Shown one piece after another: positions 50,425-59,632 of a stretch of 64,000 bases of DNA (positions are counted from its first letter, which is position 1; every line of letters starts with the position of its first letter). A program made the translations under genes and the position numbers. Where the stretch lies: NCBI GenBank assembly GCA_937930175.1, contig CALGLP010000015.1:132174-196173 (forward strand). The letters are read 5' to 3'. The stretch comes from an uncultured bacterium. Its GTDB lineage: Bacteria > Omnitrophota > Gorgyraeia > Zapsychrales > Aceulaceae. Under the pieces are notes generated by a model. The model was not told the origin of the DNA, searched no databases, and saw nothing but the letters and a program-made list of their open reading frames with translations.

Positions 50425-51020
50425 TACATTGTTCCTTTAACTAATATTTCAATCTTGGCATCAATCTGCTCTTTGATCTTAAGCTGTGACAACGTCAGGA
50501 GCTGCGCTGCTTTTCTCAAAGCGCTAATGGCTTTCTGCACTTCTTTAAGATGTATATACGTATCCGCTAGATTTTCAAAAGTCACAGCCCGGTCTGGCTC
50601 AAGAGCAAGGGCCTTTTCAAAGAAAGGCAGGGCTTCTTGATGTTGGCCCAATTGATTGAGCAACCATCCTTTGTTGTGATAAATATTGGCATAATCCGGT
50701 TCGCTTGCGATTCCTTTGTCAAAATACAAGAAAGCCTCTTGCACCATGCCAAGCTCAATCATGCACAAAGCACGATCATTGTACGCCGCGCCATCACAAG
50801 GATTGTGCTTGATCGCCAAATCTAAATAAATCATCGCGTCGCGATCATTTCCCTCAATGATTTCTCTCTGGGCCTTAAAATACGCTATCTCTGAAGACCA
50901 GTCCCACTCTTGGGCAATCCGCAGGCCTTCGGCGACTAACTTTTTGGCCGCGGATAAATCTCCATACGTTATGGCCTCATCGAGTAAATGTCTTAATGTA
51001 GTAAGGCCAATAATCGCCAT
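50424..51020 (-). CDS. TPR repeat protein
   Basis: Start at MAIIG; 4-5 TPR units (AYNDRALCMIELGMVQEAFLYFDKGIASEPDYANIYHNKGWLL…). Confidence 0.7.
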   Translation of the reverse strand: MAIIGLTTLRHLLDEAITYGDLSAAKKLVAEGLRIAQEWDWSSEIAYFKAQREIIEGNDRDAMIYLDLAIKHNPCDGAAYNDRALCMIELGMVQEAFLYFDKGIASEPDYANIYHNKGWLLNQLGQHQEALPFFEKALALEPDRAVTFENLADTYIHLKEVQKAISALRKAAQLLTLSQLKIKEQIDAKIEILVKGTM

Positions 51021-51245
51021 AGGATGAAGCCCCACGACTAAAGTCGCGGTACCTTTCTATATGTGATCCCGCTTCGTCCGCCATTGATTCGGTGGCGGAC
51101 TTCGCAGGATTCATCCGCCTTTCTAAGAAAAGGGCGAACATCCGCCGAAGCGGCAATGCTGATACCATTTTCGCATTCCTCCACGAAGAACCCTGTTGTA
51201 TCCTGCGTAGGCGGATGAAGCTCTCGATATGTTCATGGTGGGAAG
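51021..51245 (-). promoter_or_regulatory. Conserved structured 5' leader (repeat family 2, copy 2) upstream of TPR/radical-SAM operon
   Basis: See copy 1; ends at GUGGGGCU just upstream of the ATG. Confidence 0.45.
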
Positions 51246-51248
51246 AAA

Positions 51249-51290
51249 ATAAGGGGCCCGGCGTTACACAATGCCGGGCCCCTTATGATT
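51249..51290. terminator. Rho-independent terminator (bidirectional) after cspA
   Basis: AAGGGGCCCGGC-N10-GCCGGGCCCCUU hairpin followed by U-run on both strands. Confidence 0.7.
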
Positions 51291-51298
51291 TTTTGAAG

Positions 51299-51502
51299 TT
51301 ATATCTTTACAACGTTTGTTGCTTGAGGACCCTTAGGGCCATCTTCGACTTCAAATTCAACTGCTTGTCCTTCAGCTAAAGACTTAAAACCTTCACCCTG
51401 AATTGCCTTGTGGTGAACAAAACAATCTTTGCTGCCATCATCAGGGGTTATAAACCCATAACCTTTTTGGTCGTTGAACCATTTTACTTTTCCTTTAGTC
51501 AT
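51299..51502 (-). CDS. cspA: Cold-shock protein (CspA family)
   Basis: 67 aa; [19 protein letters not shown]1 and VHHKAI RNP2 motifs. Confidence 0.9.
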   Translation of the reverse strand: MTKGKVKWFNDQKGYGFITPDDGSKDCFVHHKAIQGEGFKSLAEGQAVEFEVEDGPKGPQATNVVKI

Positions 51503-51678
51503 TACGCACTACCTCCTTCCAATAGAATTTAGTAAATCGAGGTAGAAAAAAACGCAAGGCAGTAAATCTTGCTCCTTGCGCATATGACTATCTACTCACC
51601 TATTTACCATTGCGTTTAATTTACTTCACAGCTCGACATTTGTCAACAAAATTTCTTAAAGCTCTTCTTTCAAGACCA

Positions 51679-53580
51679 TTACACGCCAAAACCCTCAAAA
51701 GCCTCCAGATATTCCCAGCGCTCATAGGCCTTAAAAATTTCTTCACCCAAGGCCTCGACTTTAACCTGCGCGTGATCCGCGCCCTTGGGATCCCTACGAT
51801 AAAAATCAACATCCGCTAAAAGCTCATAAAGCTTGCCCTGCTCTTCTTCTAACTTTTCGATCAAGGCGGGCAACTCTTGCAATTCCTTTTTTTCTTTAAA
51901 AGAAAGCTTTCTAAAAGCGTCTTCTTTTTTTATCAGGCTTTCTTGTTTCACGGCTTTGCGCATAGGCCCAGCTTCTTTAACCTTTGCCGCACGCTGTGTC
52001 AACCAATCATCATAACCGCCAGGATATTCATACACCTCGCCGTGACCCTCAAGCACAATCGTTGAGGTCACCACATTGTTTAAAAACGCGCGATCATGGC
52101 TTACCAAAATCAACGTGCCAGCATATTCCATCAGAATTTCTTCCAACAGCTCCTGGGTCTCAATATCCAAATCGTTGGTCGGCTCATCCATGACCAAAAA
52201 GTTAAAAGGCTTTGTAAAAAGACGTGCCAAGAAAAGACGATTGCGCTCACCACCGGACAAGACCTTGATAGGCGTGCGCGCCCTATCAGGGGTAAACAAG
52301 AAATCCTGCAAATAACCAATGATATGCCGCGGCTTGCCATTAATCGTAACGGTGTCGCCGCCCTTGGTCACATTTTCAATCACCGTTCGTTCTTCATCAA
52401 GCTGTTCGCGCAATTGATCATAATACGCAACTTCCAGATTGGTCCCAAGGCGAGACTTACCTTTGTGGGGAGCAAGCTCCCCCAAAAGAATACGTAGCAA
52501 AGTCGTCTTACCAGAACCGTTGGCGCCAATCACGCCAATCTTATCCCCACGCATGATCTGCGTCGAGAAATCACGAATGATACACTGCTCTCCATAACTA
52601 AAACCTAAATGCGAGGCCTTGACCACCAAGTGTCCCGACGACCCTGTCTCTTGCGCGCGCATGCGTGCCTGGCCAATTTGCTGACGCTGCGCCTTCTTCT
52701 CTTCCCGCATACGCTCAAGGGCTTTCACGCGGCCTTCATTGCGACTACGTCGAGCTTTCACCCCTTTGCGGATCCAGACTTCTTCCTCAGCCAACTTTTT
52801 ATCGAAATCTGCACGCTGAACTGTTTCCACGTCCAGGGCCATCTGTTTACGCTCTAAAAATGTTTGATAGTCACAAGACCAACTAAAAATCTTACCGCGG
52901 TCAAGCTCAATAATGCGCGTCGCTAAATGCGTCATGAACATGCGGTCATGGGTGACAAAAAATAAGGTGCCCGCATAATTTTGAAGAAAAGCTTCTAGCC
53001 AGTTAATGGTATCAATGTCCAAATGATTGGTGGGCTCATCCAAAAGAAGGATCTCAGGGTTAATGATAAGAGCCTTGGCTAAAAGCACGCGTCGCTTTTG
53101 CCCTCCCGAAAGAGTTTCAAAAGCCGCTTCTCCATCGAGTTTCATATGAGACAACATCACTTCAACCTCCATGTTAAGATCCCAACCCTTGGTCGCATCA
53201 AGCTCAGCTTGCAAGCGATCAAGTTCTTGCATCAATTCAGCAGTGTGCTCACTATGAAGCCGATGGGTAAGATGATGATAATCGCTTAGAAGTTTGGCGC
53301 GCTCGCCCAAACCAGAAAAAACAATATCAAACACCGTGCCTTGCACATCCTTGGAAACCTCTTGGGGCAAGTAGGTCACTTTCACACCTTTTTGATAAAT
53401 CAATTCTCCCTTGTCAATTTCAACCTCACCGGCCACGACCTTCATCAAGGTTGTCTTACCAACACCGTTACGACCAATCAAGGCAACACGCTCTCCAGGC
53501 TCAAGCTGTAAGCTTAATCCGTCAAAGACAAGCGGCCCCCCAAAGGCCAGGGAAATTTCTTGCATACTAATCAGCGCCAT
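51679..53580 (-). CDS. ABC-F family ATPase (Uup-like), tandem ABC domains plus C-terminal coiled coil
   Basis: Start set at MALISMQEISLAFGG (matches Uup N-terminus MSLISMHGAWLSF); two Walker A (GRNGVGKTT, GANGSGKTT) and two LSGG signatures. Confidence 0.85.
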   Translation of the reverse strand: MALISMQEISLAFGGPLVFDGLSLQLEPGERVALIGRNGVGKTTLMKVVAGEVEIDKGELIYQKGVKVTYLPQEVSKDVQGTVFDIVFSGLGERAKLLSDYHHLTHRLHSEHTAELMQELDRLQAELDATKGWDLNMEVEVMLSHMKLDGEAAFETLSGGQKRRVLLAKALIINPEILLLDEPTNHLDIDTINWLEAFLQNYAGTLFFVTHDRMFMTHLATRIIELDRGKIFSWSCDYQTFLERKQMALDVETVQRADFDKKLAEEEVWIRKGVKARRSRNEGRVKALERMREEKKAQRQQIGQARMRAQETGSSGHLVVKASHLGFSYGEQCIIRDFSTQIMRGDKIGVIGANGSGKTTLLRILLGELAPHKGKSRLGTNLEVAYYDQLREQLDEERTVIENVTKGGDTVTINGKPRHIIGYLQDFLFTPDRARTPIKVLSGGERNRLFLARLFTKPFNFLVMDEPTNDLDIETQELLEEILMEYAGTLILVSHDRAFLNNVVTSTIVLEGHGEVYEYPGGYDDWLTQRAAKVKEAGPMRKAVKQESLIKKEDAFRKLSFKEKKELQELPALIEKLEEEQGKLYELLADVDFYRRDPKGADHAQVKVEALGEEIFKAYERWEYLEAFEGFGV

Positions 53581-53682
53581 AAATGAGGTCACAATTTTAC
53601 GAACGCCCCAGCTTCCTCGAAATATTTCCATAGAGAGCTGGGATAGTCCCAATTTTCCCAAAAGTCAAATCAAACTGTAATT

Positions 53683-53757
53683 GGGTCGAACAACGCGAGG
53701 AACGTAAATTATTCGACCGAATTTACTCCGCACATTCAAAGAATGTATCGGAGAGAA
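53683..53757. repeat. Repeat family 1, copy C (stem-loop with conserved loop CGCGAGGAACGUAAAUUAU)
   Basis: GGUCGAA…UUCGACC stem replaces GGCCA…UGGCC of copy A around the same loop; followed by nested hairpin CUCCG…ACAUUC/GAAUGU…CGGAG. Confidence 0.55.
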
Positions 53758-53868
53758 ATGTTCAGTGTACTACAATGTTTAAATTTCTGCCAGAACTATG
53801 TCGACCAGGCAAAGGATATTGAAACAACGAGAAGATAACGGCCACGCTTTTAAAAAATAAAAACATGA

Positions 53869-53906
53869 AAAGGGCCATGATTGATGATATCAATCATGGC
53901 CCTTTA
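53869..53906 (-). terminator. Rho-independent terminator (17-bp perfect palindrome plus U-run on minus strand)
   Basis: AAAGGGCCAUGAUUGAU-ga-AUCAAUCAUGGCCCUUU then UCAUGUUUUUAUUUUUU on minus strand, directly downstream of the tRNA fragment. Confidence 0.55.
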
Positions 53907-53938
53907 CCTCTCTCTTTTCCCTACGAGAGAGAGCTTAC

Positions 53939-53968
53939 TGGTAGCCCCAACCGGATTTGAACCGGTGT
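53939..53968 (-). other. tRNA 3'-end fragment (T-arm plus acceptor 3' strand plus CCA), putative att site
   Basis: ACCGGUUCAAAUCCGGU T-arm then UGGGGCU-A-CCA; no matching 5' acceptor strand or anticodon arm could be folded from upstream sequence; adjacent to integrase. Confidence 0.45.
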
Positions 53969-54064
53969 TTATAGGCTGAGAACCTAGCGTTGTGAAACTT
54001 GGTGTCGTTTGTCGTCGAGCCATCATTTCCCGTTTAGGACCTTTTTAGGACCTTTTCTCCTTTC

Positions 54065-55189
54065 TTATCTAAAATCTCCGAATATTTCCATCATTCTCTT
54101 CGATGGGTTCGATACTCTATTTGCATAGTGCTTAAGAAGCGTATCCATGGAGCTATGCCCTAGATCATACATAAGCCGATAGGGAGGCTGACCACACGCT
54201 AGGCGCCAACTAGCAAAGGTTTTTCTGAATTGGTGAAGATCCTTATCTTGATTCTCTGTTAGCTTAATGCCGGAAGCCTTAAAGATATCATCCAGAAAAT
54301 CTCTGTTTAAATGAGCATCCAAAGGCTTGCCGGTTGGCTTTAAAAAAACATGTCCTTCGTTTTGGCGAATCTTCTTCAACAATTCAAAACTAATCTTTGG
54401 AATGTAGATCGTTCTGGCCTTGCTATACTTTGGATCAAAAGTACTATCCTGAAAAATGTTATACTGCTGATTCTTCCAATCAATGTGTTGCCATCGAAAA
54501 TGAACATACTCCATGAGGCGCATCCCCATCTGTAAGGCTACCATCAGAAGCGTATAGTATGGAAAAACATTGTATTGTGATTGCGCTCCCTTCGCGCCTT
54601 CTATAAGGTCCAATATTTGTTTTTCAATAAAAGGCTCAACAATCTTACCTTCTGCTGATAGTCCATATCCAATGACAGGATTTTTAGTTAATGTCCTTTC
54701 TTTTACGAGAGCCACAAAGAAAGCAGAAAGACTTTTGAGGTAGTCAATCCGGCTGATGGGCTTAAGGTCCTTTTTCAAATACTCGCCAAGATTATGCCCT
54801 ATATCAATAATGTGATCTTCGGTTATGTCCTCAACATACGGGGGCAGAAACTTTGCTAGAAGAGATATATCTTTTATATATGATCGGATGGTTTCGGGCT
54901 TTAAAGGTTTGGCTTGTGTTTCCCATCGCTTCCTTGCCTTGATAATAGCTTGAGCCATAGGTGTCTTGCTTGAAACCTTTTCGCCATTCATCTTCAAGCT
55001 TCGATCAAGCAATACAACGGCATCATCGCGATTGGTGGCCTCGCCCTTAGAGTTATATACTACCCTGAAAAGCTTGCCGGATTCATCCCTTAAGCTTTCC
55101 TTTTTGCGCTCTGGCCTTCCATCAGGACCGCGTTCTTCCCAAAGCTTGTACCAAATGCCGTTATTAGGCGTTAGCCAAGGTTTTTTCAC
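54065..55189 (-). CDS. Tyrosine-type site-specific integrase
   Basis: 374 aa; catalytic R…HxxR…Y pattern (FRKTFASWRL, GHSSMDTLLKHY). Confidence 0.85.
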   Translation of the reverse strand: MKKPWLTPNNGIWYKLWEERGPDGRPERKKESLRDESGKLFRVVYNSKGEATNRDDAVVLLDRSLKMNGEKVSSKTPMAQAIIKARKRWETQAKPLKPETIRSYIKDISLLAKFLPPYVEDITEDHIIDIGHNLGEYLKKDLKPISRIDYLKSLSAFFVALVKERTLTKNPVIGYGLSAEGKIVEPFIEKQILDLIEGAKGAQSQYNVFPYYTLLMVALQMGMRLMEYVHFRWQHIDWKNQQYNIFQDSTFDPKYSKARTIYIPKISFELLKKIRQNEGHVFLKPTGKPLDAHLNRDFLDDIFKASGIKLTENQDKDLHQFRKTFASWRLACGQPPYRLMYDLGHSSMDTLLKHYANRVSNPSKRMMEIFGDFR

Positions 55190-55373
55190 AAACTAGCCCC
55201 TGAATTTCTCTTCTTTGAAACAATCTTCTCCCTAAGACCTTTTTTCCTTTAGGAATCTTACCCGACTTAATTCCCCTGTAAAAAGCTGATGTTGAAGTTC
55301 TGAGAAACGCTATTGATTCGTCTGCGGTCCATAGCTGAGCATCAAAATTTATCTGAATATTCTCCTTAACCAT
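55164..55373 (-). CDS. Excisionase/AlpA-like small DNA-binding protein
   Basis: 69 aa; wing-helix pattern AFLRTSTSAFYRGIKSGKIPKGKKVLGRRLF; sits immediately upstream of int. Confidence 0.5.
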   Translation of the reverse strand: MVKENIQINFDAQLWTADESIAFLRTSTSAFYRGIKSGKIPKGKKVLGRRLFQRREIQGLVCEKTLANA

Positions 55374-55589
55374 TTAAAACCTCCTTTTAAAATCCATCCT
55401 TCTTATTTTTATTCCTTCTTGGTTTTCCTTTTTATCCCTTTCAAGACATTCTTTGTGAAAATAACAAGGACTAAACCACGTATTTTCGGCTTCATCGTCA
55501 AAAAATCCGCGAAAATCAACAGCAAGATCGCACTGCAGAATAGGCTTATGGCAATATTCACAGGATACTTTTTTATTTTCGTCAACCAT
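55374..55589 (-). CDS. Small Cys-rich (zinc-binding-like) hypothetical protein
   Basis: 71 aa; C-x2-C…C…C-x-H…C spacing. Confidence 0.4.
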   Translation of the reverse strand: MVDENKKVSCEYCHKPILQCDLAVDFRGFFDDEAENTWFSPCYFHKECLERDKKENQEGIKIRRMDFKRRF

Positions 55590-55608
55590 TTAAAACCTCC
55601 TTAGTTTG

Positions 55609-56289
55609 TTATTTCTCGTTTAACATGGCATCTACCTTTTTCCATCTTTCCCTGTACCCTGAACGGATCCGTGGGCGTTTATCCCCGGCGCCTTCTGGCC
55701 GGCCAAGCTTCTTTCCTTCTACCTTTGAACGGGCCATGCCGGCTTTCACGCGGGAAGAAATTTTTGCTCTTTCGACTTTAGCTAGCCATGCAAAGATAGT
55801 CATTAAAAGCTCTGTCGTTGGATTATCCTCAGCCGTATTGAGCCAGGATTCAGTATAGGATAGAAGCGCAACGCCGTTACGCGTTAGCCTCTTAATATAT
55901 CCGCAAACGTTGCTCCATCCTTCCCTTGAGAAGCGATCCATGCTCCAAAAGATAAGCCATTGAAATAACATCTTGTCTGAATCATTGAGCATCATAGAAA
56001 AGGCCTTGCGATCACTCTTGGAGCCGGAAGCCTTATCTCCATAGATGCGGATTGATCTCTCTTCGCCCGTTTTCTTATTCTTATAGATTTTCTCAAGAAA
56101 CCCATCATCGTCTAAGCACCTTAGCTCCCTTGATACAGAATTATATTCCGCGAAGATATTTATCTCTTCCCACTCACTAGTTAATTCTAGCTTGGCCTGG
56201 GCAAACGTAAGCAAAGGGTTTAGCTGATTGTCCAATGATTGCCCCTTATTTTCCGTTGAGACGCGGACGTATAAAGCTATTGTTTTCAT
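55609..56289 (-). CDS. Serine recombinase (resolvase/invertase family)
   Basis: 226 aa; N-terminal ALYVRVST catalytic Ser motif and DRFSR; C-terminal basic HTH. Confidence 0.75.
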   Translation of the reverse strand: MKTIALYVRVSTENKGQSLDNQLNPLLTFAQAKLELTSEWEEINIFAEYNSVSRELRCLDDDGFLEKIYKNKKTGEERSIRIYGDKASGSKSDRKAFSMMLNDSDKMLFQWLIFWSMDRFSREGWSNVCGYIKRLTRNGVALLSYTESWLNTAEDNPTTELLMTIFAWLAKVERAKISSRVKAGMARSKVEGKKLGRPEGAGDKRPRIRSGYRERWKKVDAMLNEK

Positions 56290-56496
56290 TTATTCCTCGC
56301 TTGTAAGATTATTTTTTTGTAAGAATTCTCTAAAAGCAATCCTTGGCTCGTTTCGCTTTTGGAGTAGTTTTTCTTTTTCCTTCTCTACCTTGTGCAACTT
56401 CCGGCGAGCCTCAGCAATTCTGTTCTTAAGTGGCACACCTTTCTCATCAACTTCCTCTTTGTCCGGCTTATTGTTCTCTGAACTTGGCATCTTCAT
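56290..56496 (-). CDS. hypothetical protein
   Basis: 68 aa; basic/coiled; abuts recombinase start. Confidence 0.35.
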   Translation of the reverse strand: MKMPSSENNKPDKEEVDEKGVPLKNRIAEARRKLHKVEKEKEKLLQKRNEPRIAFREFLQKNNLTSEE

Positions 56497-56737
56497 TTTC
56501 CTTTTTTAATTGTTCGTTTAACTCCCATTCCTCGATTTTGTCCGCGATCTCTTCAACACTCCTTCGCGCGTCAACATAGCTACACAACGCCTCAAACATC
56601 CTTTGCTCGTGATCAATGGCCGTCTTAACTACTGAATCCATGCCTTTAGTAGTCTTTTCAAATTTTTCCCTGGCTACATCAAGCATCTTTTGAGCTAACA
56701 TAAGGCCATCGCGGATCTCTTGCTCCCTATCCATCAA
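56468..56737 (-). CDS. hypothetical protein
   Basis: 89 aa; helical, acidic. Confidence 0.35.
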   Translation of the reverse strand: MMDREQEIRDGLMLAQKMLDVAREKFEKTTKGMDSVVKTAIDHEQRMFEALCSYVDARRSVEEIADKIEEWELNEQLKKENEDAKFREQ

Positions 56738-56855
56738 TAGTCTCCTCTTTCAACTTGTGAAAGTAGATCATAATAAGCTTCCTCATCCATATTGAAATTG
56801 AAACCTTTGGAACTTTTCTTCCGGGTAAACCATTTGATCATTTTTTTAATGGCGC

Positions 56856-57167
56856 TCATAATGCCTCCTTCTTTGGAATTACTACCGATGTTGTTCTCTG
56901 CGGTTCGTTTATTAGGGCATCAATATCAAAAACTCTCCCACAAGGACATTGGAAGGCTTCTAAGTTTCCAACATCAACAAATTTCGCATCAAATATTCTT
57001 GCGAAGATTTCCAACCCCTCAAGCTCACCATCCATTTTTTCGCTAAAATCCAATTCCCTTCGCTCATCCTTCGACATACCAGAAATATCTTCCTGTCTTT
57101 GCTTTGGGATAAAAAATTGATAATATTTTCCGCACTTGCACTTTTTTAAACATCCTGTTGCCATCAT
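56856..57167 (-). CDS. hypothetical zinc-ribbon protein
   Basis: 103 aa; CKCGKYY … CPCGRVF paired Cys motifs. Confidence 0.4.
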   Translation of the reverse strand: MMATGCLKKCKCGKYYQFFIPKQRQEDISGMSKDERRELDFSEKMDGELEGLEIFARIFDAKFVDVGNLEAFQCPCGRVFDIDALINEPQRTTSVVIPKKEAL

Positions 57168-57460
57168 GCCTCCTCAAGTTCGTTTTCGATTTCTTCGACT
57201 CTTTCCAGACAGCGTCTTTTCTCGTGTTCCAAGAGATATTTTTTGTATTTTATAAATGCTTCTGACAACACCCAAAATGCGTTCATGCAAGAACCCCGAA
57301 GGTATAAATATGTTCTCCATTCTTCCTCGTCTCTGTTTAAAGTGTCCAAAGTTTCGAGGATAGCTCCATCCCCACGCAAATCCTTAACCAAACACGTAAA
57401 AATATTTTCGTTTTTTGATTCTTCAACCATCCACCTGAAAAATGGTTTTGTTTCTTTCAT
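57164..57460 (-). CDS. hypothetical protein
   Basis: 98 aa; start overlaps downstream ORF by 4 nt. Confidence 0.35.
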   Translation of the reverse strand: MKETKPFFRWMVEESKNENIFTCLVKDLRGDGAILETLDTLNRDEEEWRTYLYLRGSCMNAFWVLSEAFIKYKKYLLEHEKRRCLERVEEIENELEEA

Positions 57461-57472
57461 TTAATTACCCTC

Positions 57473-57859
57473 CTAGTTTTGTTGTTCTTTTAATTTCTTG
57501 GCGCACTCTGAACAGATAGCCTGTTCCTTTTCGTTAGACTTATCCATGCAATCATCGTGAACGAAAACAAAAGGCTCATCAAACTCTGGAAACGTTGTAA
57601 GCCTTCTCTTTTCACTATCATTACATCTAAAGACAGAAAAATCCTCATACTCTCTGACAGGAAATCTACACTCTGCGCAAGCTCCGAGAATGTCTCCATC
57701 TTTTTTATGTGTCTTGCTCTCAAGTAATTCCTTGTATTGCTTTAAACATTTTCCTTTGTGAACACTTATGCCGATAATGTCATGGACAACTTCTCCTTGA
57801 TCTTCTTTCTCAATTTCAAATTCACAAATTGGGCAAACATCTTTATATTGTGCGCTCAT
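57473..57859 (-). CDS. hypothetical Cys-rich protein (multiple CxxC)
   Basis: 128 aa; CPICEF, CAECRF, CSECAKK. Confidence 0.4.
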   Translation of the reverse strand: MSAQYKDVCPICEFEIEKEDQGEVVHDIIGISVHKGKCLKQYKELLESKTHKKDGDILGACAECRFPVREYEDFSVFRCNDSEKRRLTTFPEFDEPFVFVHDDCMDKSNEKEQAICSECAKKLKEQQN

Positions 57860-58157
57860 TTAATCCTCCCATTGTTTTGCAAAATGTTTCATAATGCCTC
57901 AAACAACTTTCCTTGATATATTGGCTCCACTCATCCAATTCTTTTTTTATTTCTTCTCGACTATACCCATCCACGACACAAGCCCCAACTAATGATGAGC
58001 GAAAAACAATCGAAATTGCGTTTAATACTTCTTCGCTGACGAAATCCTGTCCTTGGCCTTTATGCTCAAGGCAAAAGTTCCCAACGATCTCCAGAAGTTC
58101 ATCTATTAACTTTCCTCCAACTTCTGTTTGTCCATCTGGTCTATATGCTTTGATCAT
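57843..58157 (-). CDS. hypothetical protein
   Basis: 104 aa. Confidence 0.35.
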   Translation of the reverse strand: MIKAYRPDGQTEVGGKLIDELLEIVGNFCLEHKGQGQDFVSEEVLNAISIVFRSSLVGACVVDGYSREEIKKELDEWSQYIKESCLRHYETFCKTMGGLNERTI

Positions 58158-58334
58158 TTAGCCCTCGCTTTTCGTAATAGGGGCCCTGGCCGGCATCACG
58201 CACCCGTATTGACATTGCCACGAACCGCGAACAGCTCTCCCGTTCTTAACACAACTCCCTTTAACAGCACCGCAAACTTTGCATTGCTTAATTCCTAAAT
58301 CCTTATCAACTAACTCCATTACCTTTTTACTCAT
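58158..58334 (-). CDS. small Cys-rich hypothetical protein (58 aa, below ORF-track cutoff)
   Basis: Hand translation MSKKVMELVDKDLGIKQCKVCGAV…; fills gap between two minus-strand ORFs. Confidence 0.3.
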   Translation of the reverse strand: MSKKVMELVDKDLGIKQCKVCGAVKGSCVKNGRAVRGSWQCQYGCVMPARAPITKSEG

Positions 58335-58358
58335 GCTGACCCCCTTTCGCTTTTAAGA

Positions 58359-58562
58359 TTATTCTGGTTTAGATCCATAACGTAACTCTTCCTGGGTAAC
58401 TCCTAACGCATTGGCCAACGTGCTAAGCTCATAGTCAGTAGGAGCAGATCTCCCGGTTTCTAGCCGGCACAACCGGGCCTCTGTAATACCTGTTTTTTCC
58501 TGGAGCCCAAACTGTGTTAGATCATTTCGCTTGCGCGCCATCCTAAGTCCTGGTAACTTCAT
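58359..58562 (-). CDS. XRE-family HTH regulator (Cro-like)
   Basis: 67 aa; LTQFGLQEKTGITEARLCRLETGRS HTH; AAGGAGGTG RBS. Confidence 0.7.
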   Translation of the reverse strand: MKLPGLRMARKRNDLTQFGLQEKTGITEARLCRLETGRSAPTDYELSTLANALGVTQEELRYGSKPE

Positions 58563-58837
58563 TTAAATCACCTCCTTTATTAAAAAATTTGTTTTGCAGT
58601 TTTAAACTTTAAAAAAATGGCTCTACGATAAGCCACAATCAACGATCTTTGGACAAGCCATATCCTAGCACTCCCAAAAATCTGTCTTTCCTCGACGAGA
58701 AACCCAATACCTGATAAAGAACAATATTTTAAAACTGAACTGATTTGAACTATTTAGATGTATGGTATCACTTAAGATATTGTCTGTCAAGATTATTTTT
58801 GAACCGAAGTGAACTGATTTGATTTCTTAATTTAGAT

Positions 58838-58866
58838 TGACGGCTTCCTTGTTGTGTGGTTTAATG
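58838..58866 (+). promoter_or_regulatory. Putative promoter for cI-like gene (TTGACG-17-TTTAAT)
   Basis: In divergent intergenic region that also carries direct repeats tgaactgatttga (58735 and 58810). Confidence 0.35.
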
Positions 58867-58889
58867 CTTCTATGATAAATTGGAAAACA

Positions 58890-59597
58890 ATGAAATTTGG
58901 GGATTTCCTTCATCATCTTCGGCAAGAGCAAAAAGAAAAAATAACTGCAACGGCTGTGGCGAAGGCAGTTGGTAAAACCCCTACCGCAATCTTGAACATG
59001 GAAAAGAATAAGATACTCCCCTCTTATGATGTGTTCACAAAGATTGTCTTGTTCCTCGATATTGACTTTCCAGATATATGGATGCTCTACGACAAATTTA
59101 AAGAGCAGAAAATTCCAGATAAGAATGATGTAAAAGCCAGAATACAATTTTCAACATCATTTCTTCGTGATGCCGAAAAAGCCATTTCGGAAAGTAAATC
59201 CAGGTACAAGGCAAAAGTTCAAGAACATTTGCTTAAACAAATAAATTATGATTTAAAAGATGTTCAATTTAAAAATAAAATGAGCGAGTTGAAAAAATGG
59301 CAAACACTATCAGCCAAAGAAATAAAGATTGAGAAAAAAGACCTGAGTACTGCTCTCAAGAGAATATCAGCCATAATCACTCGATTCTCGCTCGGAACTT
59401 TAAATCCGTCAAAAACTGCCGAACAGGTCGCAGATTTCTCAATAAGAATTGCAAACCCTGACCGTATCAACGACGAAAAGTATGTTTCGGAAATTGTGGA
59501 TTTGCTGAAAAACTCCCGAAAGATTGGTAATACATTTTGGAAAGAGCTAGACCCTAGCCAAGAGCGAATCTTTAAGAAGCTCAAAGAAAAGAAATAG
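58890..59597 (+). CDS. Phage repressor-like HTH protein (cI-like)
   Basis: Start placed at MKFGDF downstream of predicted promoter (ORF-track start 58854 would include the -10); XRE HTH ITATAVAKAVGKTPTAILNMEKNK plus C-terminal helical domain. Confidence 0.55.
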   Translation: MKFGDFLHHLRQEQKEKITATAVAKAVGKTPTAILNMEKNKILPSYDVFTKIVLFLDIDFPDIWMLYDKFKEQKIPDKNDVKARIQFSTSFLRDAEKAISESKSRYKAKVQEHLLKQINYDLKDVQFKNKMSELKKWQTLSAKEIKIEKKDLSTALKRISAIITRFSLGTLNPSKTAEQVADFSIRIANPDRINDEKYVSEIVDLLKNSRKIGNTFWKELDPSQERIFKKLKEKK

Positions 59598-59632
59598 CCC
59601 TCAGATTGCTCCAAGGGCATACTCCCTCCATC

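Noticed and set aside
53939-54020. A complete tRNA gene next to the integrase
   Set aside because: Only the T-arm, 3' acceptor strand and CCA fold. No complementary 5' acceptor strand (AGCCCCA) or anticodon arm exists in the upstream 100 nt, which is already integrase-proximal sequence. I treat it as a tRNA 3' fragment/att site.
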